Below, piece by piece: positions 48,676 to 62,693 of a DNA stretch of 64,000 bases. Numbering within the stretch: position 1 is the stretch's first letter; each line of letters begins with the position of its first letter. A program made the position numbers and the translations under genes. Source of the DNA: Octopus vulgaris (lineage: Eukaryota); NCBI GenBank assembly GCA_951406725.2, contig OX597814.1, forward strand, positions 139,748,001 through 139,812,000, read 5' to 3'. The notes beneath the pieces are model-generated. The model did no database searches and was not told the DNA's origin. It worked only from the letters and a program-made list of their open reading frames with translations.

Positions 48676-49300
48676 CATATCATTTGTTATCTATTCAATT
48701 AATGTTTTCAGAGAAAAGATGGGTCATATCTACAATAGGTCATATTGATAGCTTTTATCTCAATGGACACAAAATATAGTAACACATATATTATATGGTT
48801 GGTTGTTATAATACTTCTTAATGCAACATTTTTAACTACGCACACACAGAGAGAAAAAGAGAGTGGTGGGAAGATAAGGGTATCAATACTGAAACAGATG
48901 TAGTAATACCCAAATTATCCAATTGTTTCATCTTTATTACTATACACATACATGTAATGTTGCATATAATATGTTGTAACTTGACAGAAGTAGTTTTATG
49001 CTTAAGTAAATATATCAATCTTGTAGAAGGTATTATGTTTTAAATTAATTGTTTGTTTAGAATTTTTATTATCCCATTTCTTAGGTATATTAAAACAATA
49101 TCTGATTTTAAATATTTACAAAATAAATTTTATGGCAGAATCTCTGAAAACATAAAAGCTGATAAAAGAAGTAATGTTTTAATGGCTCAGCCTTGTATCA
49201 GATAAACATTCCTGTTTAAATGTTGATGTGCAATTTCATGCCATAATTCAAATCTGATTCTGCAATATTACTATTTGGCTTTGGAATTTCTGCTGTTTAA

Positions 49301-49518
49301 CACTTTTGTTTTCAAATATTTATTGGAATGCACTTCCTTTGTTTCTGTTAATTTTGAAAATAATGAAGAATTTAGGATTTTTGTCATTATCAATCTTGTG
49401 TATGGAACATAAATGAACATATAATTTTGATGAAAGGTTTTAATTTAGATTACTTTAAAATGACCAGATTGTATCATAGGATTTGGGGGTGATCTCAGGT
49501 GGGTTGGTATGAAAAGGG
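49301..49518. mobile_element. piggyBac-type MITE family 2, degenerate
   Basis: TTAA-CACTTTTGTT..GAAAAGGG-TTAG; inverted relative of 24125-24339. Confidence 0.7.
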
Positions 49519-49522
49519 TTAG

Positions 49523-49802
49523 CCCTGTAGCATTTTAACTGGCTCAGATATTTTTCCAGTTTTATGTTCAGACTGGCCACATCCAGCCTTTCACACCTAC
49601 ACTACAATGTCGTACTAAAAATAAACACAGGAGTGGCTGTGTGGTAAGTAGCTTGCTAACCAACCACATGGTTCCGGGCTCAGTCCCACTGCGTGGCATC
49701 TTGGGCAAGTGTCTTCTGCTATAGCCTCAGGCTGACCAATGCCTTGTGAGTGGATTTGGTAGACGGAAACTGAAAGAAGCCTGTTGTATATATGTATATA
49801 TA

Positions 49803-49842
<40 letters not shown>

Positions 49843-50137
49843 TGTGTTTGTGTTTGTCCCCCAAGCATTGCTTGACAACCGATGCTAGTGTGTTTACGTC
49901 CCCGTCACTTAGCGGTTCAGCAAAAGAGACCGATAGAATAAGTACTGAGCTTACAAAAGAATAAGTGCCGGGGTCGATTTGCTCGACTAAAAAGGCGGTG
50001 CTCCAGCATGGCCGCAATCAAATGACTGAAACAAGTAAAAGAGTAAAAGACATCATCAAAATCTCAAGGCTGCATGTTTAATTCAAAACAATGTGAATAA
50101 ATATGATACTTTACAGAGTAATCTGAATGCTAAAGGG
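49523..50137. mobile_element. piggyBac-type MITE family 1 with nested young SINE type A (49627-50050)
   Basis: TTAG-CCCTGTAGCATT..AATGCTAAAGGG-TTAA. Confidence 0.82.
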
Positions 50138-53100
50138 TTAAATAAAAGTAGAATAGTTGATATTAATTTGATGTTTGATTTAATTCAATATTAATGAATA
50201 AACGTAAAATATGGTTTAGATTACAGCAAAAAAATCTGCATTAGAGATGATTGGCAGGAATAATTAGAACCAATTTTTATTCAAACCAGAGTGAAAAAGT
50301 AGTTCTGTATTTTGTTAGAGATGTGTGGCATCCATATAAGTTACAGTTAGATGTTATTGTATTTTCTTCTGTTGGATGATGTGACCATGTAGTAGGTGGC
50401 ATAGGAATAATTTTTGAATCTTTATTTGTATGTTATTGGCTTCCATATATGTTGGCTTTAACATAAGAAGCTTTCTATAAGTAGCAAAACAATAAATATT
50501 GTATCAATTGAAAACATTTAGGTTATTTTACTTTCAAAATCTTCCTATCAATTATTAAGTGAAGTAGGTTTTTACAAACAAACTTTATACCACTTCATCT
50601 TCAGATTATCTTGTCTGATATTGTTTTTATCTTTTAAACTTTTCATTCTGAAATTTGGGAATAAATAGAATTATGTTTTGTTTTTATGTTCCAGAAAGTA
50701 ATTGTATTTAGGTCATATATTGTCAATGCCCAGAATGATATGTCTCCAATATATACTTCTGTTTTCTTACCTGTATATTTGAAGGTCAGAAGTTTAAGTC
50801 CAGGATCAATATCCAAATTCATCTTTCTTCATTATTGTTATATCTAATGGTGGCTGTTAGCTAAACTAATATTAAAGGAAAATAACTTTGCTAAAGTTTA
50901 CATTTGAGATCTTTTTCATTTTCTAATATTTAAGATTCAGGTTATGAACAAAATTTCATCTTTCATATGATGAAAGCTTTAACAAGTTATTTACAGAGAA
51001 GCACATATAACATCAATGAAACTTGCTGCATATTTGTATTGACTTCAGAACACTTTTGAGATTGTGTTATATAATAGCTTTTCATAAGAAATGAAAAAAC
51101 TATAATTTCAACAAGCCTCATCCTAGGTATGCACTAGTGATTGAACTTGCATAGTCATGAACATAAAGATGTTAACTATCTCCATTTTTGTTTAACTTGT
51201 AGAATCTCATAGAAAAAAATATTGACTGACACCTTCATAGCTTTTGGAGATTGACAAAAGGCAAAAGGCTTGGTATCTTGCAGTAGATATCACATCCAAA
51301 CTAATAAACACATGAGTTCAAGTGTTTTAATAAGCTTTTTCACAGTTGTCATTTGGGCTGCAAATCAGCAAATTGTTATTGTTTCAGAAAAGAAAGGAAT
51401 CATTGCTTGGAACAGAAATAACACATCACCTGACAGTCATCTTTACCTGGCAGAATTTGAGAATAGAGCATTATTTGAAGAAAAAGACCCAGAAATTCAT
51501 CTTAAAAAAGATATGATCTTCAAGCTATTTCTAGTGCTCTTCAAACCTTTATGAATGGTAGTGAACAGAGAACATTGGAAGACTGTCTATTGAAACTGTC
51601 AAGATATGTCTCCCAAGAATGAGCTAAATAAAATGAAAGTGTGTATGTCATTAAACCTTTCATAACTGAAGGGGGAAAAACCCCTCAGAAGCTAAGGAAT
51701 TTTGTGGCGGTAAGTGTCAGGAAAAATTATAAGTGAATCCATGAGTTTGATTAAGTCTACTGAATAGAAAATTCCTCTTCTCTCCACATTCACCTCAATT
51801 CACACACTTTTACAATTTAAGTTAGTGTTAACTTAATCTTGCGGGTATTAAACAGTAATCTAATTAAAAATAATTATGTGGTAAAGAAAAGACAACATTA
51901 GCTCAATAACTAATAGTATTTTGGCAAATATGGGAAACAATTTTGGAAAATTTTCAGTCTTATTAGATCTCATCAGTGAAGCATTGATTTTACTGTACTG
52001 AGCTGAAGAAGTGATAGAGAAATACTAAATAGATGTTCTGTATTGTATATACCTGAAACTGTATTACTAAAGTGAACTTTTTCATTTTAGTTACATTTAG
52101 TCTTGTTTTGTATTTCCAATCACATATTTCTTGTTATTAACTTGACATTGATTCAAATATGATATACATTTTTCAATAATGATCTAATTCTGATTACTGA
52201 GTGTTAGGATGCTTTAACACTGACAGTAGTATAAACAGTATATTGGTGGTTAATTTTTTTCCCTCTCCTCATATATTTATGGTGAATGTGTGTGACAAAG
52301 TTATTAGGGTACTGCACTCACAATTGCAAGATTTTGGTTTCAGTTCTAGGACCAGGCAGTGTATTGTGTTCTTTAGCAAAGCACTTTCTTTTCACATTGC
52401 TCCAGTTCACTTAGTCGTAAATGAGTAATCCTGTAATAGGCTGCCATCATGCTCAAGGTGAGTGTTGTGATCTCAGTCACTTTTACCCTGTGGAAACTGT
52501 GTAATTGACCCTATGAATCCTAAGATTTGAGACAGTAATATCAAGTGGTTGAAGATGATGACATGGTCATTAGATGCTTCCTAAATCTGAAATGGGACTT
52601 TCTTCTATTTTTCTTATTTCTTCATTGAATACCATGTGATGGGGTTTACAATCAGCCTGAACACTGCCCATTTCTTTCCATTAAAGAAATATTTGTAAAC
52701 ATATTCTAAAACCTTGTATAGAATATGATTACAATTACTTACAAGACAGAAAAGAACTTTTTAACAATATTTTTTCATTCATAAGAATATAAAGATTTTG
52801 TGCATTCATAAATTTAATTTTCATTGTTGAACTTTACAATTCTTTTCCAAGTAAGTTCTCCTTTAAAAATATTGACAAACTTTTGATGAATGGAAACAAA
52901 TTAGTTTAACAATTAATTATCAATAGTTTTATTCTAATTTTTTTGACACTTGTTTCCAAAATACCCATTCATTTAATTTCCATCAAAAATGAATTTCTTC
53001 ATTAACACTTCTTTTTTGTCTAACAGTTCCTGATGTTAATATAACTTTATATGAAAATAATACGGTCTTTCAGTGTTCACTTGTCTTAATGAAATTAGTG

Positions 53101-54065
53101 AAATGTTTTGCTTCAATACTCTCAATATATATTTATACATTTATAGAAACACTTATATAACTGTATTATACAATAGATGTAAAAAACATTGTTTCATATC
53201 TATTTTCTTTTAATGTTACACACATGCATAGAGATGTATGTATACACTTGTGTGTGTCTTTGGGTTCATGTTTGTCCCTCATTACCAGTATTGGCTTGTT
53301 TACATCTCCATAACTTAGTGGTTTGGCAAAACTTGTTTTATGTTCAAACTGACAAGATCCAGCCTCTTACACCTATCATACAATGTCATTCTAAAAATAA
53401 ATAATCACATCATTGAAATCTCGAAGTTATGTGGTAGTGTATGATATTTGAAAGAGTAATCTGAATGCTAAAAGGTTAAATCTTTAATATGACAAATGTG
53501 TCGGAAAGGAAGCATTCAGCTGGCTACCTGACCTAATAGAAATAACAGCAAAAATTCTCTCAAACGTCACTCCACCATCTTAAAGTCAGATTAGATAATG
53601 TATTTCTATATATCTCTAAAAAGATGGCAAAGTTTAGCCGGTCATAGCTAGAATACTTCTGATCATGTGTTTGCTCAGTTGGGGGTGGACCAGATGCTAA
53701 ATAGCCACAGCATCAGTGAAGTTAGATAAGTTAGCAAGTGAAATACTTTGATACTACTACATTTAGATGAAAGAACCAACACTTACATTTTGCTATAAAT
53801 TTCTTCTCATTAGAATGTTATAATAATGAGCTTGCAAGAAATGGTTTGTTTAAATTTCACATTGAACTAAGAGTTTATAAAAAATTTCATCTGTGTTTTT
53901 TTACTTATGAATAACAATAAATAAGTTAAGAAAAGTTTTGTGTAAAGTCAATTGGGATTTGATCCACTGTAATGTGTTTGTATTATCATGAACAGATATT
54001 ATTCAATTTATGACAAGCCATTAAAAGCACAAATTAGGTTATCCATCATGACTCTAGTCAATTCA

Positions 54066-54165
54066 TGACCACTCTCCTCAATCGATATCATAGTTCTTTT
54101 CCCAATCAATAGCATAGCTGTTGATTGGGAAAAGAACTAGGTCAATCTTCTCTGAGTAGTGGTCA
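54066..54165. other. Long hairpin / inverted repeat
   Basis: 54091-54113 pairs with 54117-54139 (23 bp, one G-U on plus strand, loop ATA); outer TGACCACT/AGTGGTCA. Confidence 0.9.
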
Positions 54166-54830
54166 ACACACAGTAAAAGGCTCAGGCAGTGGACTCCCTC
54201 CCTCTCTTTTTTTTTTATAAATATCAATAATGTAGAAAGAATGTATTGACATTTTTATTTAACCCACAGTATGGCTTTATAGTATTTAAATATATTTCGG
54301 TTCTGATTTATGCTATGTTGTACATAAATAGATTTTGTTAGCAAAATATTTTATTTAGAAAGGAATTAAAAAAAAAGTAACTTGATTTACAAATCCATTA
54401 AATTTATTTTCTATTTTGATTTTCTCAGAATTAAAGTCAACTTAATGATTTCAGTAAGAATCTTTTAATTTAAATTACTTTACAATATAAACCAAAAATA
54501 TGTTTTTCAATTTTGATATACCATATAAGTACAGATATGGCTGTGTGGTTGTTAAGAAGTTCTTTTCTGGTCCACATGGTTTTAAATTTAGTTTCACTGT
54601 ATGGCACAAGGCACCATGGATGCTCTGAACTGATTAATGCCTTATAAGTACATTTGGTAAGAAAGTAAAAAAGCCTGTTGAATATGTGTGTGTGTGTGCA
54701 CTTGCATTTCGTCAAAAATTGCTGAGCTTCAAGTGATGACATTGTCAACAACTCATCTGTTGAATTTATGTCTGCAAGACATTTAGAATGAAATATACCT
54801 TACTTGAAAAAATAGAATTACTAAGAGATG

Positions 54831-55205
54831 AATCATTATCATCATCATCGTCATCATTGTTTAATGCCTGTTTTCCATGCTGACTTGGATTGGACAGTTT
54901 AACAGGAACTGGCCTGCTGGGGAGCTGACTAGCTGAAGAACTGGCCTGCTGGGGAACTGTCCAGACTCCAAATTGTCTGCTGTGGCATGGTTTCTACAGC
55001 TGGATGCCCTTCCTAATACCAACCAGTTTACAAAGTGTGGTGGGTGTGACTACACACACTGGCATGAGTGCATTTTACATGGTACCGGCACCTGTAAAGT
55101 ACAAACTTGTATGTATGGATGACAGCAATTGTTTTTGGCTTGCCGTGTCTTCTCAAGTATAACAAATCGCCACAACTCCCAATCCTTTGTCATTTCCTCA
55201 GTGCG
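54831..55205 (-). mobile_element. Older RTE 3' end including the last codons
   Basis: (CAT)n tail, UTR motifs, and GTCATTTCCTCAGTG as at 11354-11368. Confidence 0.75.
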
Positions 55206-55724
55206 GATCTAGATATATAACAATGCTTCAATTATATATTCAGCTAAGCCATGCTTTGACGGGAAAATGAATATGAAATGAGCAAACAAACAAGCTTACT
55301 TGATGCATGAAAACCCGCATTGAAACAGATAATTATTATTGAAAAATAGATTGATAATGGTTAATGGTTTTTAATAATGATTCACAAAATAAAGTTCAGA
55401 GTACAATTTTGCCTCTTTACCACTCCTAAATAATTATTGGTATACACCAGCAAAGAATACAAGTAAAACATCAGTTTTCTGGAACTTTTGGTTCCAAAGG
55501 CTTTCTGGGTTACTGATTTTTCTGAACTAGAGTTGGTTACCTTGGTCAATGCACTTCAAATTAAGCAAATATTAAATTTACATAGATAAAATAGAGGAAT
55601 CTATACATTAGTGTAAATGAAATAAGTATATTAATACGGTAATGTGCAAGGTACAAGTCTGTAGAAGGTACCACTAAAATAGTCTGACAACTGTGAGAAT
55701 TTGAATTTCCTGTTTATAAATTAA

Positions 55725-55930
55725 TCTCTTAGCATTTAAGCCAGCCTTATCCAGCCCAAATATTCTACCTGTTTTATGTTAAAACTGACCACATCTGATC
55801 TCTTACACCTACCCTACAATGTCATTTAAAAAATAATGATTGACATTAGGATGAGGTAAGGTATGATTTACTCAAAACAATGTGAATAAATTTGCAATGT
55901 ATTTGATGGAGTAATCTGAATGCTAAAGCG
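55725..55930. mobile_element. piggyBac-type MITE family 1
   Basis: TTAA-TCTCTTAGCATT..AATGCTAAAGCG-TTAA. Confidence 0.78.
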
Positions 55931-56848
55931 TTAATGTAGATTCTAAGAGGCTCCTGACCAACAGTGTCCGTGATTTTCAGTTCTTCAGGAATCAAAGAAA
56001 TAAGTATGGGCATATATTTTCATTACAATAAATAAATAAAAATGAAATAAAGTGCTTGTGTATAGGAAAGGATTGTATAAGCATAATTCTTTAACTAATT
56101 GCACCACCTCACAAAATTTTCCACAGGCTTTTAGACTAATTATATTTCTTCTTGGAGAAAGTAAAGAATCATTTTGTTAGCAAGCTATACTCATGATTAA
56201 TGCTTTATCCATTCTGTAATATTTTCATATGTGAAATAGTATTTTTACATGATTTGTTGATATAGTGATGCATTATTTGATATTGCTCATACCATTATTG
56301 TAGAGCTTTCATTCAATTTCAAATAAAGTCTGCTGAAGTAGATGAAGTTTTAATTGAATTCATCAAAGCATGGATGCATTCCATCAATTTTAGTGCCTAT
56401 TTTTTTTTTTTTTTTGTTTTTGTTTTTGGAAGATTTGCTGACAAAGGTAGTTAAATATTGCTGTCTACTTGAGTCTTTTGATTGATTGGACACAACTGAT
56501 TAAAGTGCTTCTTATAGTTATTTGGTTCAATGATGCTTGGATCGTGCAAATATGAAATCAGTGAGTTGTAAGACTTCACAAATGTATTGGATGCATCTTG
56601 AAAGAAAAAAAAAAGAGTATTAGGCTGTAACAGAATAGTGATGCTAACACAGTAATTAGAGCAGTTGCTATATCTTAATTTAGGGATAATGGAGTTCAAC
56701 ATGTCAAAACACAGAAACTTGTTGAAATCTTAGTGCTTAAATATTAATGCTACATAATGGGTTAGATTTCAAAAGAGAACCAAGCTGATTGATAAGTACT
56801 ATTAAATACAAAGATATTTAATGTTGATTTTTAAAATGCCATCTCAAC

Positions 56849-56879
<31 letters not shown>

Positions 56880-56985
56880 CATATTTGGTGGCATATTCGT
56901 TACACCCCAATTTCAAGTGTGCATATTCTAGAAAAATATTTTGATACAGTGAAGTATGTAATATAGAACTGGTGAGGAGGGATAA

Positions 56986-57197
56986 GGTGGCAAGCTGGCA
57001 GAATCGTTAGCACACTGGGCAAAATGTTTTGTGGTATTTCATCCATCCTTACAATCTGAGTCCAAATTCTGTTGAGGTTGACTTTGCCTTTCATCCTTTT
57101 GGGGTTGCTAAAATAAGTACCAGTTGAATACTGGGGTCGATGTAATCAACTTACCCGCCTGTAAAATTGCTGGCCTTGTACCAAAATGTGAAACCAA
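56986..57197 (+). mobile_element. SINE type B
   Basis: GGTGGCAAGCTGGCAGAATCGTTAGC head and GACTTTGCCTTTCATCC core. Confidence 0.85.
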
Positions 57198-57834
57198 TAT
57201 ATGACTGAGTGTGTGTGACTTTTTTGAGATATTTGATATTCTTTAGGGAGGAAAATATATATTTACATATTTTCTTATGTATTTCTATTTGCTGTTCGCT
57301 TTGAATCATTTTGTTTCCTTGACAAGATTCCATTATTATTATAGTATGATCTTAACTTCTCCACATACTAAGATGATTTTTACTCCTCTTCTTTTGATTC
57401 ATATGAAATACTTCATTTACTAACTAAACTTGAAAGTCTAATAAAAATTATTTCCTAATCTCCTCATTTGCTAGGCTGCATTTTGCAATTAACCATGCTC
57501 AGATGGAAGTATATGATTGATTGTAAATGCATTAAGCAGTTGGTATTTAGTATTGCCTAAATTAAGATGCATCTCTCTTATTTTACTAATGGCTTGATTA
57601 TGTGTTACAGCTATTTTAATCTTATGAAAGCATTTTAACCTTTTAGCATTTTACATTTGTATAAATTATATGTTTTGAAAATATATGAATTATATAATGC
57701 AAGACTAATTTCTATACCATTATGAAATGTTCATGAAGTCTGAAGATTCGTAATCTTGAGTGAGTGAGTGAGTGAGCAAGCAAGCGTGTGTGCGTATACA
57801 CACACACACACACACACATATATTTGTATGAGAA

Positions 57835-58032
57835 TAAAATGCCTTGAGTATTTGGTTGCAACCAGAAAACTCAAAGGAAAAAGACCTGGAGGAGACAGAA
57901 GAAGGTACTCAATGGCCTTAGCAGCTGGCTTCAAAGAAACCAGTCCAGTAACACTCTAAATTGTGTGGAGGACAGAGAGGCATGGAAATTCATGATCACT
58001 GATGTCTGTAGGTATGGTATAGGAAGAAGAAA
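57835..58032 (+). mobile_element. Another RTE-type LINE C-terminal relic with (GAA) tail
   Basis: LEYLVATRKLKGKRP then, frameshifted, KKVLNGLSSWLQ..VEDREAWKFMITDVCRYGI. Confidence 0.7.
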
Positions 58033-58767
58033 TAATAAATGTACATAAATATGCACATAATTATTTAGAAAATATATCTTTTCAAAGCCATATATTTTGT
58101 TAGTATACTAGCAGAGGATATGGAGAGATTTTTCTCTGAGATGTATCATTCTATTAATCAGTTCATATTATGGAAAAATATTGACAAATGTATATCTGTA
58201 TGTATTGACTTCAGCTGGAAGTAATCAGTAGGATGTTATAGGCTAAGTCTTGTGGGAGATTATATGTAAAATTCTTTCGAAACCACAGTAAAAATCTCAT
58301 TTGAGACTATTAAAAAAAGAAACCAAAGAAATTCTATGATACAAGTCAGGTGGGTGGGTTGAACCTGTGACCTATGCATGTCTTCTACAGTTACTGTGGT
58401 TTACATATAGCTTGAACAGCTGTAAGTTGATAGTTGTAAGGAAAACGCAGATGGCAAAGGAATTCCAGAAAAATGGGTAGCATGTAGTTTCCATGGCATG
58501 ACACAATTAGCCTGGTGAAAGGATGAGAGATAACTGTTTTGGGTGGGTTTGGGTGGACTTTATATGCATGTACACTCTGTACAGTGTTTAGTGGCAGGAA
58601 AGACATCCAGCCATAGAAATCGCTACTATGATGACCAAAACAACATACAAGTGAGATATGGTGATAACTCTGCATAAACATGACTCAGAACATGACAACC
58701 TGTCCATTCCATGCCAGCATAGAAAAGAGGATATAAAATGATGGTTTTTACATATGGAATAATCTCA

Positions 58768-59699
<932 letters not shown>

Positions 59700-59700
<1 letters not shown>

Positions 59701-60040
59701 TATTATTATAGTTATTATTATTATTATAATGTTATCTTGTGGTTTGGTGACAACATGTCTCTTCAAATCTCAAGAAGCTTTTTTAAGATTCTTACAAAGT
59801 ACAGAATTGCACTTTTCTGCAAGTTGAGTGTGACTATCAGTTTCAATATCTTTCAGTCTTTTAGGTAGCAATTTGTTGTGCCAAATGCTCCAATTACCAC
59901 AGGAGTAATTGTTATCTTACTCCTCCACACTCTCTTCATCTCTCTGGCTAGTATTATTTTGAAAACAATTAGTATTATTTGAAAACAAATTCTTGGCGTA
60001 ATTGGCAGAACAAAGATATCCATAATGCAAAATAACTCTA
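59700..60040 (-). mobile_element. R4/Dong-type LINE 3' end with (TAA)n tail
   Basis: CIMDIFV..LAREMKRVWRSKITITPVVIGAFGTT..LQKSAILYFVRILKKLLEI* (stop 59763-59765). Confidence 0.85.
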
Positions 60041-60043
60041 GAG

Positions 60044-60170
60044 AATATGACTACTGAATTCCAATGCTAGCATGGTTAATCATTTGAACTGTTCTTCTCA
60101 TTCCAAATATGACTACTGAATTCCAATGCTAGCATGGTTAATCATTTGAACTGTTCTTCTCATACCAAAT
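60044..60170. repeat. 62-bp tandem duplication
   Basis: AATATGACTACTGAATTCCAATGCTAGC.. at 60044 and 60106, one mismatch. Confidence 0.95.
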
Positions 60171-60526
60171 GTTAACACACAGAATTATGTTTATAACTCA
60201 TTGACAAATATCTGTATCTGCAAGCAAAGTAATGTTTACTGTCTACAGCAAGCAGTAGAAATGTCTGAGTTATGCTTCTGATCAGTTTAAGTGTCTATAG
60301 TTCAATAATCACAGTGGTAACTTGAAATTTTTTTATTTATATTTTTGCATACATATTTACTTAGTTTGTAAATTGATTTATTCTGTGACTGACCACTGGC
60401 TAAATTCACTAGTTTCCACTGCTCACCATAGCTTACTGAATACCACAGCATAACACCATGGTAGGTGGATATAAAATAATGATGATGATGTTAAACACAG
60501 ACACACACACACACACACACATATAT

Positions 60527-60756
60527 CTTTTTTTACTTTTTTACTCTTTTACTTGTTTCAGTCCTTTGACTGTGGCCATGCTGGAGCACCACCTTTAGTC
60601 GAGCAAATCGACCTCAGGACTTATTCTTTGTAAGCCTAGTACTATTCTATCGGCCTCTTTTTGCCGAACCGCTAAGTTATGGAGACGTAAACACACCAGC
60701 ATCGATTGTCAAGCGATGTGGGGGGGGGGGGAGGCAAACACCAACATGCAAATATA

Positions 60757-60793
<37 letters not shown>

Positions 60794-60966
60794 TACACAC
60801 ATACGACGGGTTTCTTTCAGTTTCCATCTACCAAATCCACTCACAAGGCTTTGGTCGGCCTGAGGCTCTAGTAGAAGACACTTGCCCAAGGTGCCATGCA
60901 GTGAGAATGAACCCGGAACCATGTGGTTGGTAAGCAAGCTACTTACCACACAGTCACTCTTGTGCC
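60527..60966 (-). mobile_element. SINE type A, full length
   Basis: Near-consensus copy. Confidence 0.92.
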
Positions 60967-60971
60967 TATAT

Positions 60972-61368
60972 AGGTATATGGCTGTGTGGTTAAGAAGCTC
61001 GCTTTGCAACCATGTGGTGCCAGGTTCAGTCCCACTGCATGGCACCTTGGGCAAGTATCTTCTGATATAGCCCAGGGCAAACCAGTGTTTTGTGAGTGAA
61101 TTTGATAGATGGTACTGTGTGAAAATCCATCATGTGTATATATATGTGTGTGTGCATATCTTTGTTTTTGTTTTTGCACCCCCTCCTTACACACACACAC
61201 CTGACAACTGTTGTTGGCTTGTTTAACCACCATAACATAGCAGTCCAGTGAAAGAGACTTATAGAATAAATACCAGATTTAAAAAATAAGTACTGGGGTC
61301 AATTTGTTTTACTAAAACCCTTCAAGTCAATGACCCAGTACAAGCAATGGATAAGAAATTAAAAAGAT
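60972..61368 (+). mobile_element. SINE type A, older, head-to-head with the previous copy
   Basis: ATGGCTGTGTGGTTAAGAAG..GGTTCAGTCCCACTGC head and decayed tail. Confidence 0.82.
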
Positions 61369-61381
61369 ACATTTAATTAAA

Positions 61382-61779
61382 GGCAGCGAGCTGGCAGAAA
61401 TGTGAGCACGCCAAGTAAAATGCTTAGTGGTATTTTGTCTGCCACTACGTTCTGAGTTCAAATTCCGCCGAGATCGACTTTACCTTTCATCCTTTCGGGG
61501 TTGATTAAATAAGTAGCAGTAACGCACTGGGGTCGATATAATTGACTTAATCCATTTGTCTGTCCTGGTTTGTTCTCTCTGTGTTTAGCCCCTTGTGGGT
61601 AGTAAAGAAATAGGCATTTTGTCTGTCTTTACATTCTGAATTCAAATTCCTCCAAGGTCAACTTTGCCCTTCATCCTTTCGGGGCCGATAAATTAGGTAC
61701 CAGATGCATACTGGGGTCGATCTAATCGACTGGCTCCCTCCCCCCAAATTTCAGGACTTGTGCCTAGAGTAGAAAAAAA
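61382..61779 (+). mobile_element. Two tandem SINE type B copies with different tails
   Basis: 61382-61614 ends AGCCCCTTGTGGGTAGTAAAGAAATAGG; 61615-61779 ends GTGCCTAGAGTAGAAAA. Confidence 0.88.
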
Positions 61780-62484
61780 TACATTTGATTACAAAGTCAT
61801 AGAATCACTCTGCCTGAAAAAAAATAATAATAATAACAGCAGCAGAGCACAAAAGATATGATCACAGGTGTAATGCATTTAATCATAAGGCTAACTAACA
61901 AAAATACATACAACAAATTCACGTTTATGGAACAAACTGCTTTCAATGTCATTTAGTATTGGTTTTCTTGGTGTGCGCAGTACTTGAACATGACTACTGC
62001 ATAAGGAACATTTATAGAATTCAAAGCAATTCAAATTGTGTGTTACTGAACATGTTGGGATATAAACAACAATTTGTTTATTCTTTTACTTGTTTCAGTC
62101 ATTTGACTGTGACCATGCTGGAGCACTGCCTTAAGATAGTCAAGCTTCGATATAGCAAGGAGTCAGATGGGTGTCTAGTGTCTTACTCTCCATCCCACAT
62201 GTCTCCTCCTGTTCTGTTTAGTCCATTCTGGATGAGACACATGGGATGAACAGTCACTGAAGAGGTCACAGAGTGTATGACAAAAGATTTCAGACTAAGA
62301 CACTAAAATGAGAATAATAGTAAAGCTGAAGTGAAGACCGAGTTTATAGTGCGTCTAGTTATTTAGCAAAAAAAAAAAAAACCCCAAAAAAACCCCGGAA
62401 AACAAAGACCATCCCCAAATATAACAACAAATTTTAATTATTGTATATATGTTATACTTCCTGATATTATCCATGGTGTATTAA

Positions 62485-62687
62485 CCCTTTAGTATTCAGA
62501 TTACTTCATCAACTGTAATCCTTATTCACATTGTTTAAAATTAATCATATATTATCTCGTAGCTTTGAGATTTCATTGATGTGATTGTACTATTTCTAGA
62601 ATGATATTATAGGGTTGGTGTGAGAAGCTGAATCTGTCTAGTTTAAACATATTTTGGTCAGATATAGCTGGCTTAAATGCTAAAGGG
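62485..62687. mobile_element. piggyBac-type MITE family 1, complete
   Basis: TTAA-CCCTTTAGTATT..AATGCTAAAGGG-TTAA. Confidence 0.88.
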
Positions 62688-62693
62688 TTAATA

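Noticed and set aside
51270-51600. 94-aa ORF or very old RTE-like C-terminus (NREHWK)
   Set aside because: Only a single weak motif; too decayed to call.
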